Sequence record: KX828711
Strand: one strand, 5' to 3'
DNA: 64,000 nt
From: Shigella phage SH7
How positions within the stretch are numbered: the first letter of the stretch is position 1; every line of letters starts with the position of its first letter. Shown here piece after piece: positions 36,749 through 49,200 of the stretch. The position numbers and the translations under genes are program-made. Under the pieces are notes generated by a model. The model worked only from the letters and a program-made list of their open reading frames with translations, ran no database searches and was not told the origin of the DNA.

Positions 36749-37164
36749 CCTTCATCAACAATAGTATGCGTATTGGCATTTACAATTTGCCACCAATCAA
36801 AGCGATTAGAACCATAATCTGGTTTGTTTTCATTTTCTTTGATAATGTCACGGAGTTCATCTTCGGTAGCGGCTTTCGCTATTAAATCAGCATATCCACC
36901 ACGAGGATAATAATTATCACCTGCAAAAAGTAAAAAGTTTGGTTTAATGTTATTGAACTCTTCAAGAGTAATAACTTTTCCTGACGGTTGAACAATCTCT
37001 ACATATTTATATCCCAATTTTTGAGCAGCATCTACTGCTTCAAGCAAAGTATCATGAGCCCATCCAATTTGACAACCTGGCTTTTCAGATGGATTAGCCT
37101 GATAATCCGCATACACTTTATACATTCTATTCACCTTTAGAAATTTTATCCATAACGATAGCAA
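36745..37164 (-). CDS. hypothetical protein
   Basis: 139-aa ORF; start may be the internal Met MYKVYADY. Confidence 0.5.
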   Translation of the reverse strand: MLSLWIKFLKVNRMYKVYADYQANPSEKPGCQIGWAHDTLLEAVDAAQKLGYKYVEIVQPSGKVITLEEFNNIKPNFLLFAGDNYYPRGGYADLIAKAATEDELRDIIKENENKPDYGSNRFDWWQIVNANTHTIVDEG

Positions 37165-37312
37165 TTAAACCAATTAAAAATGCTACTACAAGTGAAAAAA
37201 CATTTTCTGCTGTAGTCAATAATCCGCATATAAATCCAACAAACATTGAAAAACTAAAAGCGGAAGCAGAAATTGCAATAGCAACATTTCGAATTAATTC
37301 ACAACGTTTCAT
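37127..37312 (-). CDS. small membrane protein
   Basis: 61 aa, almost entirely hydrophobic; early promoter upstream. Confidence 0.45.
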   Translation of the reverse strand: MKRCELIRNVAIAISASAFSFSMFVGFICGLLTTAENVFSLVVAFLIGLIAIVMDKISKGE

Positions 37313-37340
37313 TTTATTCTCCTCGGTAGTTGATAGGGTA

Positions 37341-37370
37341 ATAGTATCACTACTAAAACCCTATGTAAAC
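37341..37370 (-). promoter_or_regulatory. early-type promoter (GTTTAC..TACTAT)
   Basis: Reverse complement GTTTACatagggttttagtagtgaTACTAT; -10 inside an inverted repeat. Confidence 0.55.
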
Positions 37371-37388
37371 AACTTTGTGAAATATTTA

Positions 37389-37676
37389 TTACAAAAGATT
37401 TTTAGCAATAATCTTGAGATGTGCCGCAGAAATGTGTTTAGCTTTAAACAACGCAGTTTCTTCAGCAGGAGAGATAATGATTGTAGCACCATCCTTTTTA
37501 GCAGACCACCCATCACCTAGGTAAACAGTACCTTTGATTTCTTCGCCATCAACCAAGCTAATCATTGGTTTACCTTCTCGTCCTTTATTTGCTTTAATAA
37601 CTTCAGAAGTAAGAGTAGCTTCAGTAATAGTAGAAACCGGGGTAGTTGTAGAAGTAAACTCTTTGAAAGTTTTCAT
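37389..37676 (-). CDS. ipI: internal protein I (injected anti-restriction protein)
   Basis: 95 aa; MKTFKEFTSTTTPVSTITEA capsid-targeting sequence; matches T4 IPI as recalled. Confidence 0.85.
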   Translation of the reverse strand: MKTFKEFTSTTTPVSTITEATLTSEVIKANKGREGKPMISLVDGEEIKGTVYLGDGWSAKKDGATIIISPAEETALFKAKHISAAHLKIIAKNLL

Positions 37677-37708
37677 TTTTTATTTTCCTAATTAATTTTG
37701 ATGAGATA

Positions 37709-37738
37709 ATAGTATCACTACCTCATCAGCATGTAAAC
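37709..37738 (-). promoter_or_regulatory. early-type promoter (GTTTAC..TACTAT) inside inverted repeat TGATGAG/CTCATCA
   Basis: Upstream of ipI; inverted repeat arms at 37699-37705 and 37722-37728. Confidence 0.55.
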
Positions 37739-37750
37739 AACTTTGTGAAA

Positions 37751-38447
<697 letters not shown>

Positions 38448-38448
<1 letters not shown>

Positions 38449-39161
38449 TATAGTACCTTTAGTGTATTTTTAATTTTAGAAAAAAGTTCTTCAAGAGAAC
38501 CGTCGTTTGTAATTACTAAATCGCCATCACGAATTGGCAATCCAGCTTCTGTAATATGTGTATCATTGGATTTTTGACCAGGACGAACTACATGAATTAC
38601 TGTAGCACCCATCGCCCTAGCCGCATCCATTTCATGATCTTGACGAGTATCAGGAACGATATAATAATCATAACCTGAGTTAAATTTATCAAGATAATCT
38701 AAAGCAAATAATTTTACCCAATACATGCGGTCGAAGTTATTAACAATCAAATCCGTACCTAGGGCTTGCATCAGACGACGGACTGACCATTGATCTTCAA
38801 TATTATTTATAACGTCAGTAATCTTGTTAAATGCTACGAAATTAACTGCGTCATCAAAAACAAACACACCTTTAATTGGGCTTTTACTATTAAGATAGCA
38901 AAATGCTTGTTCCATAATCGTAATTACTTCTAATTTAGTCAGATTTAAATTAGTCTCACGATCATAGTTAATTCCTTCAAACTCTTTACGAGTTAAGCAA
39001 GGATAGTCAGTGTTTGCTGCAAATACACCCCATGCATAAGCCAATGCATCCTTAATAGGACCAGCAAGTTGATATTTAACTGCAGAATAATTATTCATGA
39101 TAAAATCTGCAGTAGTATCTTTTCCACTACGCTTTACACCACTTAAAAAGATTAGTTTCAT
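38448..39161 (-). CDS. 1: deoxynucleoside monophosphate kinase
   Basis: 237 aa; P-loop GVKRSGKDT. Confidence 0.9.
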
Positions 39162-39210
39162 ATGTTTCTCCTCAAATTTAGTTAAGATTATAACACATGA
39201 AACTGAAGCA

Positions 39211-39741
39211 TTAAACTTCTGCTATAATTTTGCCATCTTTTTCTACTTGAAAATACGTATAAGGAATCGTTGCTGTGCATACTAAGGCTGGGTCTGAATC
39301 TTCTGTGTAGCTAAATTCTACTTCAGACAGGTCAGAAACCCAAGGCTTATAAAAGTTTATTGACATCACGATTTCAGTTTTACTATTATCTAAAATGTAA
39401 AGTGTAATGTATTCAGGACCTGTTTTTTGGGCAGTATTTTCGCCTGTAAGATAGTTACTAGTTCCTAGCATCCATTCATACATTCCTATCCATGACTTAA
39501 GCTCTTCATCAACTATAAATCTCACGATGAGTGGATCGTACTCAAATGTAACTCCTGGACGTTGTGCTCTGCCTAGTCCAAACGGCCCAGTCACGGTATC
39601 AGTAACAGGTATTCTAATTCCCGGAATAGGAACTGACTGAGCATTTAAAGTAAAAGCAGATGTAGTATTACTATGTGGTATTGATACTACAAAGTTAGTT
39701 GTATTTGCTTGGTTAAAAATTTGTTGCAGTGCTTGCGACAT
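39211..39741 (-). CDS. 3: tail completion/sheath stabiliser gp3
   Basis: 176 aa from MSQALQQIF (GAGGAA RBS), matching T4 gp3 length; the ORF extension upstream is not used. Confidence 0.8.
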   Translation of the reverse strand: MSQALQQIFNQANTTNFVVSIPHSNTTSAFTLNAQSVPIPGIRIPVTDTVTGPFGLGRAQRPGVTFEYDPLIVRFIVDEELKSWIGMYEWMLGTSNYLTGENTAQKTGPEYITLYILDNSKTEIVMSINFYKPWVSDLSEVEFSYTEDSDPALVCTATIPYTYFQVEKDGKIIAEV

Positions 39742-39847
39742 ATATTCCTCATAATGCTTTATAAATGTTGGTGGTATAATGGGTCTAAGTCCCTTCCATT
39801 CAATTCCAATTAGAACAAACAATAGAAAAGAATGGAAGATAATAGAA

Positions 39848-40672
39848 TTAGATATTTGACCAGACTTTGTTTGCAGAGAAACGTTTTCCTTTTGAAACGA
39901 ACTGCTGAAGTGGCATTAACACAACGTTCGCCCAGTCTTTCGGGGCGATTTCAACAAGGCTACCCATAATATTACCGGGTATATATGCCTTGATCATTTG
40001 GTCTGCACCCCTAAATCCTTTCACTTGACTCCAATCAATTTTTAATTTCGTTTTATTAGTAATAGTAGGTGTATTTGCATATTGCTTTAAAAGCTCTTCT
40101 AGAAATTGCTGACGAGCTTTAGGTGGAATATAGTGCAAGTTTAATCCGTACATTAAATTATGCTTACCTAAGCCAAGGTAAATTATCAAAGGAAATTTAT
40201 CCCAGTAAGGAAGAGTTTCCTTGTGTTTAGCATCATAAGCAAAAGCATATATTCGCCCCGGCTGCAGGCGAACAACTTTATGTCCTTTTACTTGCTTAAT
40301 AGTTTCAGCAAACCACTTTCTGGTTTTATTATTAATTGCTGCGCCTTCATTACGAATTTTATCGCGCAATGTTTGTCTGAATGAATTTATCATAAGCAGT
40401 TGTCTTTCTTGCTTATTGAGTTTATTCATTGGTTTTGATTCAAGCTTTTGAATCTTTTCAGCCGTTTTAATTCCTGAAGCATATTTTGACATTGCTGAAG
40501 TAAACGTAGAGTATTTGATTCCTCTTTCTTCAGCAAATTGCTTTCCTGTCATTCCTTTTGCTTTGGCCTTTTTATATTCAAGACCTATCTGAATCCATTT
40601 CTTTTCGTTTAATGATTGCTTAACCTTTGGAACTTGGGGAGTGCTTTCATTAATTATTTGAAAAATAGCCAT
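39848..40672 (-). CDS. 2: DNA end-protector protein gp2
   Basis: 274 aa; size and position as in T4. Confidence 0.85.
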   Translation of the reverse strand: MAIFQIINESTPQVPKVKQSLNEKKWIQIGLEYKKAKAKGMTGKQFAEERGIKYSTFTSAMSKYASGIKTAEKIQKLESKPMNKLNKQERQLLMINSFRQTLRDKIRNEGAAINNKTRKWFAETIKQVKGHKVVRLQPGRIYAFAYDAKHKETLPYWDKFPLIIYLGLGKHNLMYGLNLHYIPPKARQQFLEELLKQYANTPTITNKTKLKIDWSQVKGFRGADQMIKAYIPGNIMGSLVEIAPKDWANVVLMPLQQFVSKGKRFSANKVWSNI

Positions 40673-41124
40673 TATGCCCCCTTAAAGCCAAGAGCTCGTA
40701 ATCCATCTTCTGTTAGAATTCTAAATTTTATTCCACGTTTTTCAGCTAAAGCTTGCGCTGCTTTCCATTTGTCGGTATTAACAGAATATGTATAAATTTC
40801 ATTCATAAATCTTTTCTTCGCTGCAGTTGTTAGATGTGCTGGTTTAACTGGTGGTTGTGTTTCTTTTTTAGGTTTTATTTCAATAAAAAATTCTTGCCCA
40901 GAAGAATCTTTCATCCAAATATCCATGAAGTATCTACGTTTTTTCCCTTCTGCATTACAAAAATAAGGAATTACTGCTGTTTCACTACCCCATGCAATAA
41001 TTTCTGGATTTTTATCTAACCATTCAAAAAAGAATTTTTCCCAATTTGATCTATACGTAATTTTTTTAGGGTCACCTCTATACTTTGATATATTTTTAGG
41101 AACCCATTTTCCAGAATATGCCAT
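40672..41124 (-). CDS. 4: head completion protein gp4
   Basis: 150 aa; size and position as in T4. Confidence 0.85.
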   Translation of the reverse strand: MAYSGKWVPKNISKYRGDPKKITYRSNWEKFFFEWLDKNPEIIAWGSETAVIPYFCNAEGKKRRYFMDIWMKDSSGQEFFIEIKPKKETQPPVKPAHLTTAAKKRFMNEIYTYSVNTDKWKAAQALAEKRGIKFRILTEDGLRALGFKGA

Positions 41125-41135
41125 TGGATTCTCCT

Positions 41136-41143
41136 TATAAATA
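41136..41143 (+). promoter_or_regulatory. late promoter TATAAATA for gene 53
   Basis: Exact TATAAATA 28 nt upstream of the gene 53 ATG. Confidence 0.7.
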
Positions 41144-41150
41144 GATAATA

Positions 41151-41158
41151 TATTTATA
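41151..41158 (-). promoter_or_regulatory. late promoter TATAAATA (minus strand) for gene 4
   Basis: Plus-strand tatttata; divergent from the gene 53 promoter. Confidence 0.6.
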
Positions 41159-41171
41159 AACAGGAGGGCCC

Positions 41172-41762
41172 ATGCTCTTTACATTTTTTGATCCGATTGA
41201 ATATGCGGCCAAAACGGTGAATAAAAACGCGCCGACTATTCCTATGACAGATATTTTTAGAAACTATAAAGACTATTTTAAACGCGCTCTTGCGGGATAC
41301 CGCTTACGTACTTATTATATTAAAGGTTCACCACGCCCGGAAGAATTAGCAAATACTATATATGGAAATCCACAGTTGTATTGGGTTTTATTGATGTGTA
41401 ATGATAATTATGATCCGTATTATGGATGGATTACTTCGCAAGAAGCTGCTTATCAAGCATCTATACAAAAATACAAAAATGTAGGTGGAGACCAAATAGT
41501 ATATCATGTAAATGAGAACGGTGAAAAATTTTATAATTTAGTATCATATGATGATAATCCATATGTTTGGTATGACAAAGGTGATAAAGCTAGAAAATAT
41601 CCTCAATATGAAGGAGCACTTGCTGCGGTCGATACGTATGAAGCTGCTGTTCTTGAAAATGAAAAACTTCGTCAAATAAAAATAATAGCAAAATCAGACA
41701 TCAATTCATTTATGAACGACCTTATACGTATAATGGAGAAATCTTATGGAAATGATAAGTAA
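41172..41762 (+). CDS. 53: baseplate wedge protein gp53
   Basis: 196 aa; size and position as in T4. Confidence 0.85.
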   Translation: MLFTFFDPIEYAAKTVNKNAPTIPMTDIFRNYKDYFKRALAGYRLRTYYIKGSPRPEELANTIYGNPQLYWVLLMCNDNYDPYYGWITSQEAAYQASIQKYKNVGGDQIVYHVNENGEKFYNLVSYDDNPYVWYDKGDKARKYPQYEGALAAVDTYEAAVLENEKLRQIKIIAKSDINSFMNDLIRIMEKSYGNDK

Positions 41763-43473
41763 TAACCTTAATTGGTTTGTTGGTGTTGTTGAAGATAGAA
41801 TGGACCCATTAAAATTAGGTCGTGTTCGTGTTCGTGTTGTTGGTCTGCATCCACCTCAAAGAGCACAAGGTGATGTAATGGGTATTCCAACTGAAAAATT
41901 ACCATGGATGTCAGTTATTCAACCTATAACTTCTGCAGCAATGTCAGGAATTGGAGGTTCTGTTACTGGACCGGTAGAAGGAACTAGAGTTTATGGTCAT
42001 TTTTTAGACAAATGGAAAACTAACGGAATTGTCCTTGGCACGTATGGTGGAATAGTTCGCGAAAAACCGAATAGACTTGAAGGATTTTCTGACCCAACTG
42101 GACAGTATCCTAGACGTTTAGGAAATGATACTAACGTACTAAACCAAGGCGGAGAAGTAGGATATGATTCCTCTTCTAATATTATCCAAGATAGTAATCT
42201 AGACACCGCAATAAATCCCGATGATAGACCGTTATCAGAAATTCCAACTGATGATAATCCAAATATGTCAATGGCTGAAATGCTTCGCCGCGATGAAGGA
42301 TTAAGACTAAAAGTTTATTGGGATACCGAAGGATATCCGACAATTGGTATTGGTCATCTTATCATGAAGCAGCCAGTTCGTGATATGGCTCAAATTAATA
42401 AAGTTTTATCAAAACAAGTTGGTCGTGAAATTACTGGAAACCCAGGTTCTATTACAATGGAAGAGGCGACAGCTTTATTTGAGCGTGATTTGGCTGATAT
42501 GCAACGTGACATTAAATCACATTCTAAAGTAGGACCAGTCTGGCAAGCTGTTAACCGTTCTCGTCAAATGGCGTTAGAAAATATGGCATTTCAGATGGGT
42601 GTTGGTGGTGTAGCTAAATTTAACACAATGTTAACTGCTATGTTAGCCGGAGATTGGGAAAAAGCATATAAAGCCGGTCGTGATTCATTGTGGTATCAAC
42701 AAACAAAAGGCCGTGCATCCCGTGTTACTATGATTATTCTTACGGGAAATTTGGAATCATATGGTGTTGAAGTGAAAACCCCAGCTAGATCTCTATCAGC
42801 AATGGCTGCTACTGTAGCTAAATCTTCTGACCCTGCTGACCCTCCTATTCCAAATGACTCGAGAATTTTATTCAAAGAACCAGTTTCTTCATATAAAGGT
42901 GAATATCCATATGTTCACACAATGGAAACTGAAAGCGGTCATATTCAAGAATTTGATGATACCCCTGGGCAAGAACGATACAGATTAGTTCATCCGACAG
43001 GAACATATGAGGAAGTATCACCGTCAGGAAGAAGAACAAGAAAAACTGTTGATAATTTGTATGATATAACCAACGCTGATGGTAATTTTTTGGTAGCCGG
43101 TGATAAAAAGACTAACGTCGGTGGATCAGAAATTTATTACAACATGGATAATCGTCTTCACCAAATAGATGGAAGCAATACAATATTTGTACGTGGAGAC
43201 GAAACTAAGACGGTTGAAGGTAATGGAACTATCCTAGTTAAAGGTAATGTTACTATTATAGTTGAAGGCAATGCTGACATTACAGTTAAAGGAGATGCTA
43301 CCACTTTAGTTGAAGGTAATCAAACTAATACAGTAAATGGAAACCTTTCTTGGAAAGTTGCTGGGACAGTTGATTGGGACGTTGGTGGTGATTGGACAGA
43401 AAAAATGGCATCTATGAGTTCTATTTCATCTGGTCAATACACAATTGATGGATCGAGGATTGACATTGGCTAA
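41746..43473 (+). CDS. 5: baseplate hub and tail lysozyme gp5
   Basis: 575 aa; central lysozyme domain (MAEMLRRDEGLRLKVYWDTEGYPTIGIGHL) and C-terminal VxGxxxxx beta-helix repeats. Confidence 0.95.
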   Translation: MEMISNNLNWFVGVVEDRMDPLKLGRVRVRVVGLHPPQRAQGDVMGIPTEKLPWMSVIQPITSAAMSGIGGSVTGPVEGTRVYGHFLDKWKTNGIVLGTYGGIVREKPNRLEGFSDPTGQYPRRLGNDTNVLNQGGEVGYDSSSNIIQDSNLDTAINPDDRPLSEIPTDDNPNMSMAEMLRRDEGLRLKVYWDTEGYPTIGIGHLIMKQPVRDMAQINKVLSKQVGREITGNPGSITMEEATALFERDLADMQRDIKSHSKVGPVWQAVNRSRQMALENMAFQMGVGGVAKFNTMLTAMLAGDWEKAYKAGRDSLWYQQTKGRASRVTMIILTGNLESYGVEVKTPARSLSAMAATVAKSSDPADPPIPNDSRILFKEPVSSYKGEYPYVHTMETESGHIQEFDDTPGQERYRLVHPTGTYEEVSPSGRRTRKTVDNLYDITNADGNFLVAGDKKTNVGGSEIYYNMDNRLHQIDGSNTIFVRGDETKTVEGNGTILVKGNVTIIVEGNADITVKGDATTLVEGNQTNTVNGNLSWKVAGTVDWDVGGDWTEKMASMSSISSGQYTIDGSRIDIG

Positions 43474-44002
43474 TATACTTCCAATGAGCGCTGATTTAGG
43501 AGAATCCATGGAAGGTTCTTCTATCGACGTCACCTTTACCGCTCAATTAGAAACAGGTGAAACGTTAGTATCTATAAATATAACTAGTTACGAAGAAACT
43601 CCTGGGGTTTTAGTAGAAGAAAATCGCTTATATGGAACATATGAATCTGTATTTGGTTTCGGAAATGACGCGTTGAAATATCGTTTAGGCGATGAATTTA
43701 AAACTGCTGCTTCATGGGAAGAACTTCCTACTGATTCTGATACTCAGCTGTATTTGTGGAAAGCTCCTCAAAATCTCCAGAAGACATTCACTTACGAAGT
43801 AACATTAATATATGACTACCAAGAACAAAGTGAATCTGGGGGTTCTGGCAGTAATTCTAGGTCATCTTCTGATACTACTGAACCGACGGATCCTCCTGCT
43901 CCAGTAAGAAAAACTCTCGTTAAAAATTATACTAAAACTATAGTTGGAAATTGGAGTCGTTGGGCTAATAAACTGAGAAGCTATGTATATGAGAGGCCAT
44001 AA
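43445..44002 (+). CDS. hypothetical protein between genes 5 and 5.4
   Basis: 185-aa ORF; start ambiguous (several Met codons in the first 25 residues). Confidence 0.55.
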
Positions 44003-44296
44003 ATGTCAGGATTAAGTTATGATAAGTGTGTTACTGCTGGCCATGAAGCGTGGCCTCCAACAGTTGTGAATGCTACACAAAGTAAAGTATTCACTGGAGG
44101 AATTGCTGTTTTAGTAGCAGGCGATCCAATTACAGAACACACAGAAATTAAAAAGCCATATGAAACACATGGCGGAGTGACACAACCTAGAACTTCTAAG
44201 GTATATGTCACTGGAAAGAAAGCTGTTCAAATGGCTGATCCAATATCATGCGGTGATACTGTGGCTCAGGCATCATCTAAAGTATTCATTAAATAG
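44003..44296 (+). CDS. 5.4: PAAR-repeat spike-tip protein gp5.4
   Basis: 97 aa; size and position as T4 gp5.4. Confidence 0.8.
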
Positions 44297-44304
44297 GATT
44301 TAAA

Positions 44305-46287
44305 ATGGCAAATACCCCTGTAAATTATCAATTAACAAGAACAGCAAATGCTATTCCCGAGATATTCGTCGGGGGTACGTTTGCTGAAATAAAACAAAAC
44401 CTCATTGAATGGCTTAATGGCCAAAATGAATTTTTGGATTATGATTTTGAAGGCTCAAGATTAAACGTTCTGTGCGACCTTTTGGCTTATAATACATTAT
44501 ACATTCAGCAGTTTGGTAATGCTGCTGTGTATGAAAGCTTTATGCGTACTGCTAACTTACGAAGTTCAGTTGTTCAAGCTGCGCAAGATAACGGATATTT
44601 ACCTACTTCAAAATCCGCTGCGCAGACCGAAATTATGTTAACATGCACCGACGCATTGAATAGGAATTACATTACAATTCCTCGCGGAACTCGCTTTTTA
44701 GCATATGCAAAAGATACTTCTGTTAATCCATATAACTTCGTTTCTACCGAAGACGTTATTGCTATTCGTGATAAAAATAACCAATATTTTCCACGTTTAA
44801 AATTGGCCCAGGGACGTATAGTAAGAACTGAAATCATTTATGATAAATTAACACCTATTATCATTTATGATAAAAATATTGATAGAAACCAGGTTAAATT
44901 ATATGTTGATGGAGCGGAATGGATTAACTGGACGAGAAAGTCAATGGTTCATGCTGGTTCTACATCAACAATTTATTATATGCGTGAAACTATTGATGGA
45001 AACACTGAATTCTATTTTGGTGAAGGTGAAATTTCTGTTAATGCTTCTGAAGGAGCTTTGACTGCTAATTATATTGGAGGTCTTAAACCTACTCAGAACT
45101 CTACGATTGTTATTGAGTACATTAGTACTAATGGTGCTGACGCGAACGGCGCAGTCGGATTTTCATACGCAGATACATTAACAAATATAACTGTCATCAA
45201 TATTAATGAAAATCCAAACGGTGATCCAGATTTTGTTGGGGCAGATGGCGGCGGTGATCCAGAAGATATTGAGCGTATCCGCGAATTGGGTACTATTAAA
45301 CGCGAAACCCAACAACGATGCGTAACTGCGACTGACTATGATACATTCGTTTCAGAGAGATTCGGTTCTATTATTCAAGCTGTTCAGACTTTCACTGATT
45401 CTACTAAACCTGGGTACGCATTTATTGCTGCTAAACCTAAATCAGGATTGTATTTAACTACTGTACAACGTGAAGATATTAAAAATTATCTCAAAGACTA
45501 TAATTTAGCTCCTATTACACCATCAATTATTTCTCCTAATTATCTTTTTATTAAGACTAATTTAAAAGTCACATATGCTTTAAATAAACTACAAGAATCT
45601 GAGCAGTGGCTTGAAGGTCAAATAATTGATAAAATTGATCGCTATTATACCGAAGATGTAGAAATTTTTAACTCGTCTTTCGCTAAATCTAAGATGTTGA
45701 CATATGTAGATGATGCAGATCATTCTGTCATTGGTTCATCAGCGACTATTCAAATGGTTCGTGAAGTACAAAACTTCTATAAAACACCTGAAGCAGGTAT
45801 TAAATACAATAATCAAATAAAAGATCGTTCTATGGAATCTAATACGTTTTCATTTAATTCTGGACGAAAGGTTGTAAATCCTGATACTGGTTTAGAAGAA
45901 GATGTATTATATGACGTTCGTATAGTATCAACAGACCGAGATTCTAAAGGAATTGGTAAAGTTATTATTGGTCCATTTGCTTCTGGCGATGTTACAGAAA
46001 ATGAAAACATTCAGCCATATACAGGCAATGATTTTAATAAATTAGCAAATTCTGATGGACGCGACAAATACTATGTTATCGGTGAAATAAATTATCCGGC
46101 TGACATGATTTATTGGAATATCGCTAAAATTAATTTAACATCTGAAAAATTTGAGGTTCAGACTATTGAATTATATTCTGACCCAACCGATGATGTTATC
46201 TTTACTCGCGATGGTTCACTGATTGTATTTGAAAATGACTTACGTCCACAATACTTAACTATCGATTTGGAGCCTATATCACAATGA
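44305..46287 (+). CDS. 6: baseplate wedge protein gp6
   Basis: 660 aa as in T4. Confidence 0.9.
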   Translation: MANTPVNYQLTRTANAIPEIFVGGTFAEIKQNLIEWLNGQNEFLDYDFEGSRLNVLCDLLAYNTLYIQQFGNAAVYESFMRTANLRSSVVQAAQDNGYLPTSKSAAQTEIMLTCTDALNRNYITIPRGTRFLAYAKDTSVNPYNFVSTEDVIAIRDKNNQYFPRLKLAQGRIVRTEIIYDKLTPIIIYDKNIDRNQVKLYVDGAEWINWTRKSMVHAGSTSTIYYMRETIDGNTEFYFGEGEISVNASEGALTANYIGGLKPTQNSTIVIEYISTNGADANGAVGFSYADTLTNITVININENPNGDPDFVGADGGGDPEDIERIRELGTIKRETQQRCVTATDYDTFVSERFGSIIQAVQTFTDSTKPGYAFIAAKPKSGLYLTTVQREDIKNYLKDYNLAPITPSIISPNYLFIKTNLKVTYALNKLQESEQWLEGQIIDKIDRYYTEDVEIFNSSFAKSKMLTYVDDADHSVIGSSATIQMVREVQNFYKTPEAGIKYNNQIKDRSMESNTFSFNSGRKVVNPDTGLEEDVLYDVRIVSTDRDSKGIGKVIIGPFASGDVTENENIQPYTGNDFNKLANSDGRDKYYVIGEINYPADMIYWNIAKINLTSEKFEVQTIELYSDPTDDVIFTRDGSLIVFENDLRPQYLTIDLEPISQ

Positions 46288-49200
46288 CAGTAAAAGCACC
46301 TTCAGTCACTAGTCTCAGAATTTCCAAGTTATCCGCAAATCAGGTGCAAGTACGCTGGGATGACGTTGGTGCTAATTTCTACTATTTTGTAGAAATCGCT
46401 GAGACAAAAACAGACTCGGGGGAAAATCTCCCGAGCGATCAATATCGTTGGATTAATTTAGGATATACAGCAAACAATAGTTTCTTTTTTGATGATGCTG
46501 ATCCACTAACATCATACATCATTAGAGTAGCTACAGCTGCACAAGATTTTGAGCAATCTGATTGGGTTTATACAGAAGAGTTTGAAACTTTTGCTACGAA
46601 TGCTTACACATTTCAAAACATGATTGAAATGCAATTAGCCAATAAATTCATTCAGGAAAAATTTACTCTTAACAATTCTAATTATGTCAATTTTAATAAT
46701 GACACTATAATGGCTGCATTGATGAATGAATCGTTCCAATTCAGCCCATCATATGTTGATGTTTCATCAATCAGTAATTTTATTATTGGTGAAAATGAGT
46801 ATCATGAAATACAAGGTTCCATTCAGCAAGTATGTAAGGATATTAACCGAGTTTATTTGATGGAATCAGAAGGGATTCTATATCTTTTTGAGCGCTATCA
46901 ACCCGTAGTTAAAGTATCTAATGATAAAGGACAAACCTGGAAAGCTGTAAAGCTCTTCAATGACCGTGTAGGATATCCTTTATCTAAGACAGTATATTAC
47001 CAATCTGCAAACACGACATACGTTCTAGGATACGACAAGATTTTCTACGGCCGCAAATCTACTGATGTTAGATGGTCAGCTGATGATGTCAGATTTAGTT
47101 CACAGGATATAACATTTGCTAAACTTGGTGACCAATTGCATCTAGGATTTGATGTAGAAATTTTTGCCACTTATGCGACTTTACCAGCTAATGTATACCG
47201 CATTGCAGAAGCTATTACTTGCACCGATGATTACATTTACGTTGTCGCCAGAGACAAAGTTAGATACATAAAAACGAGTAATGCACCTATAGATTCTGAT
47301 CCATTATCTCCGACATATTCGGAAAGACTTTTTGAACCTGATACAATGACTATAACTGGAAATCCTAAAGCAGTATGCTATAAAATGGATTCTATCGGTG
47401 ATAAAGTTTTTGCTCTTATTATTGGTGAAGTTGAAACATTAAATGCTAATCCTAGAACATCAAAAATAATTGATTCTGCTGATAAAGGAATATATGTTTT
47501 AAATCATGACACGAAAACATGGAAAAGAGTTTTTGGCAACACTGAAGAAGAAAGAAGACGTATTCAACCCGGATATGCGAATATGTCAACTGACGGTAAA
47601 TTAGTTTCTCTGTCTTCGAGTAATTTTAAATTTTTAAGTGATAATGTTGTTAATGACCCTGAAACTGCAGCAAAATATCAGTTAATTGGCGCTGTTAAAT
47701 ATGAATTTCCTCGTGAATGGTTAGCTGATAAGCATTATCATATGATGGCATTTATAGCGGATGAAACATCTGATTGGGAGACTTTTACTCCTCAACCAAT
47801 GAAATACTACGCAGAACCGTTCTTTAACTGGTCTAAAAAATCTAACACACGTTGTTGGATAAACAACTCTGATAGAGCTGTAGTAGTTTATGCTGATTTA
47901 AAATACACTAAAGTTATAGAAAATATTCCGGAAACATCACCAGATAGATTAGTTCATGAATACTGGGATGATGGTGATTGCACTATAGTAATGCCAAATG
48001 TTAAATTCACTGGATTTAAAAAATATGCATCAGGAATGCTTTTCTACAAATCCTCTGGTGAAATAATTTCTTACTATGATTTTAACTATCGTGTGAGAGA
48101 TACAGTAGAAATTATTTGGAAGCCAACTGGTGTATTTTTAAAAGCATTTTTACAAAACCAAGAGCATGAGACTCCTTGGTCACCAGAAGAAGAGCATGGA
48201 TTAGCTGATCCTGATTTAAGACCATTGATTGGCACAATGATGCCTGATTCTTATTTGCTACAGGATTCGAATTTTGAGGCATTTTGCGAAGCATATATTC
48301 AGTATCTTTCTGATGGATATGGAACTCAGTACAATAATTTACGAAATTTAATTCGTAATCAGTATCCTAGAGAAGAACATGCGTGGGAATATCTGTGGTC
48401 AGAGATATATAAAAGAAACATTTATTTGAACGCGGATAAGCGAGATGCTGTAGCAAGATTTTTTGAATCACGCAGTTATGATTTTTATTCTACCAAAGGA
48501 ATTGAAGCATCATACAAATTTCTTTTTAAAGTTCTTTATAATGAAGAAGTTGAAATTGAAATTGAATCTGGGGCTGGTACTGAATATGACATAATCGTTC
48601 AATCTGATTCTTTGACTGAAGATTTAGTAGGACAAACGATTTATACAGCCACAGGAAGATGTAATGTTACTTATATAGAAAGAAGTTATTCTAATGGTAA
48701 ATTGCAATGGACCGTAACTATTCATAATCTTTTGGGAAGATTAATTGCTGGTCAAGAAGTTAAAGCAGAAAGACTTCCTAGTTTTGAAGGCGAAATTATT
48801 CGTGGGGTTAAAGGAAAGGATTTGCTTCAAAACAATATAGACTATATTAATAGAAGTAGATCATACTATGTAATGAAAATTAAATCCAATTTACCTTCTT
48901 CCCGCTGGAAATCTGACGTTATTCGTTTTGTTCATCCAGTAGGATTTGGATTTATAGCAATTACTCTTTTAACAATGTTTATTAATGTTGGTTTAACTCT
49001 TAAACATACAGAGACTATAATTAATAAATACAAAAACTATAAATGGGATTCTGGATTGCCTACTGAATATGCTGATAGAGTAGCTAAATTAACTCCAACT
49101 GGTGAAATTGAGCATGATTCAGTAACAGGCGAAGCAATTTATGAGCCTGGCCCAATGGCTGGTGTAGAATATCCTCTTCCTGATGACTATAATGCTGAAA

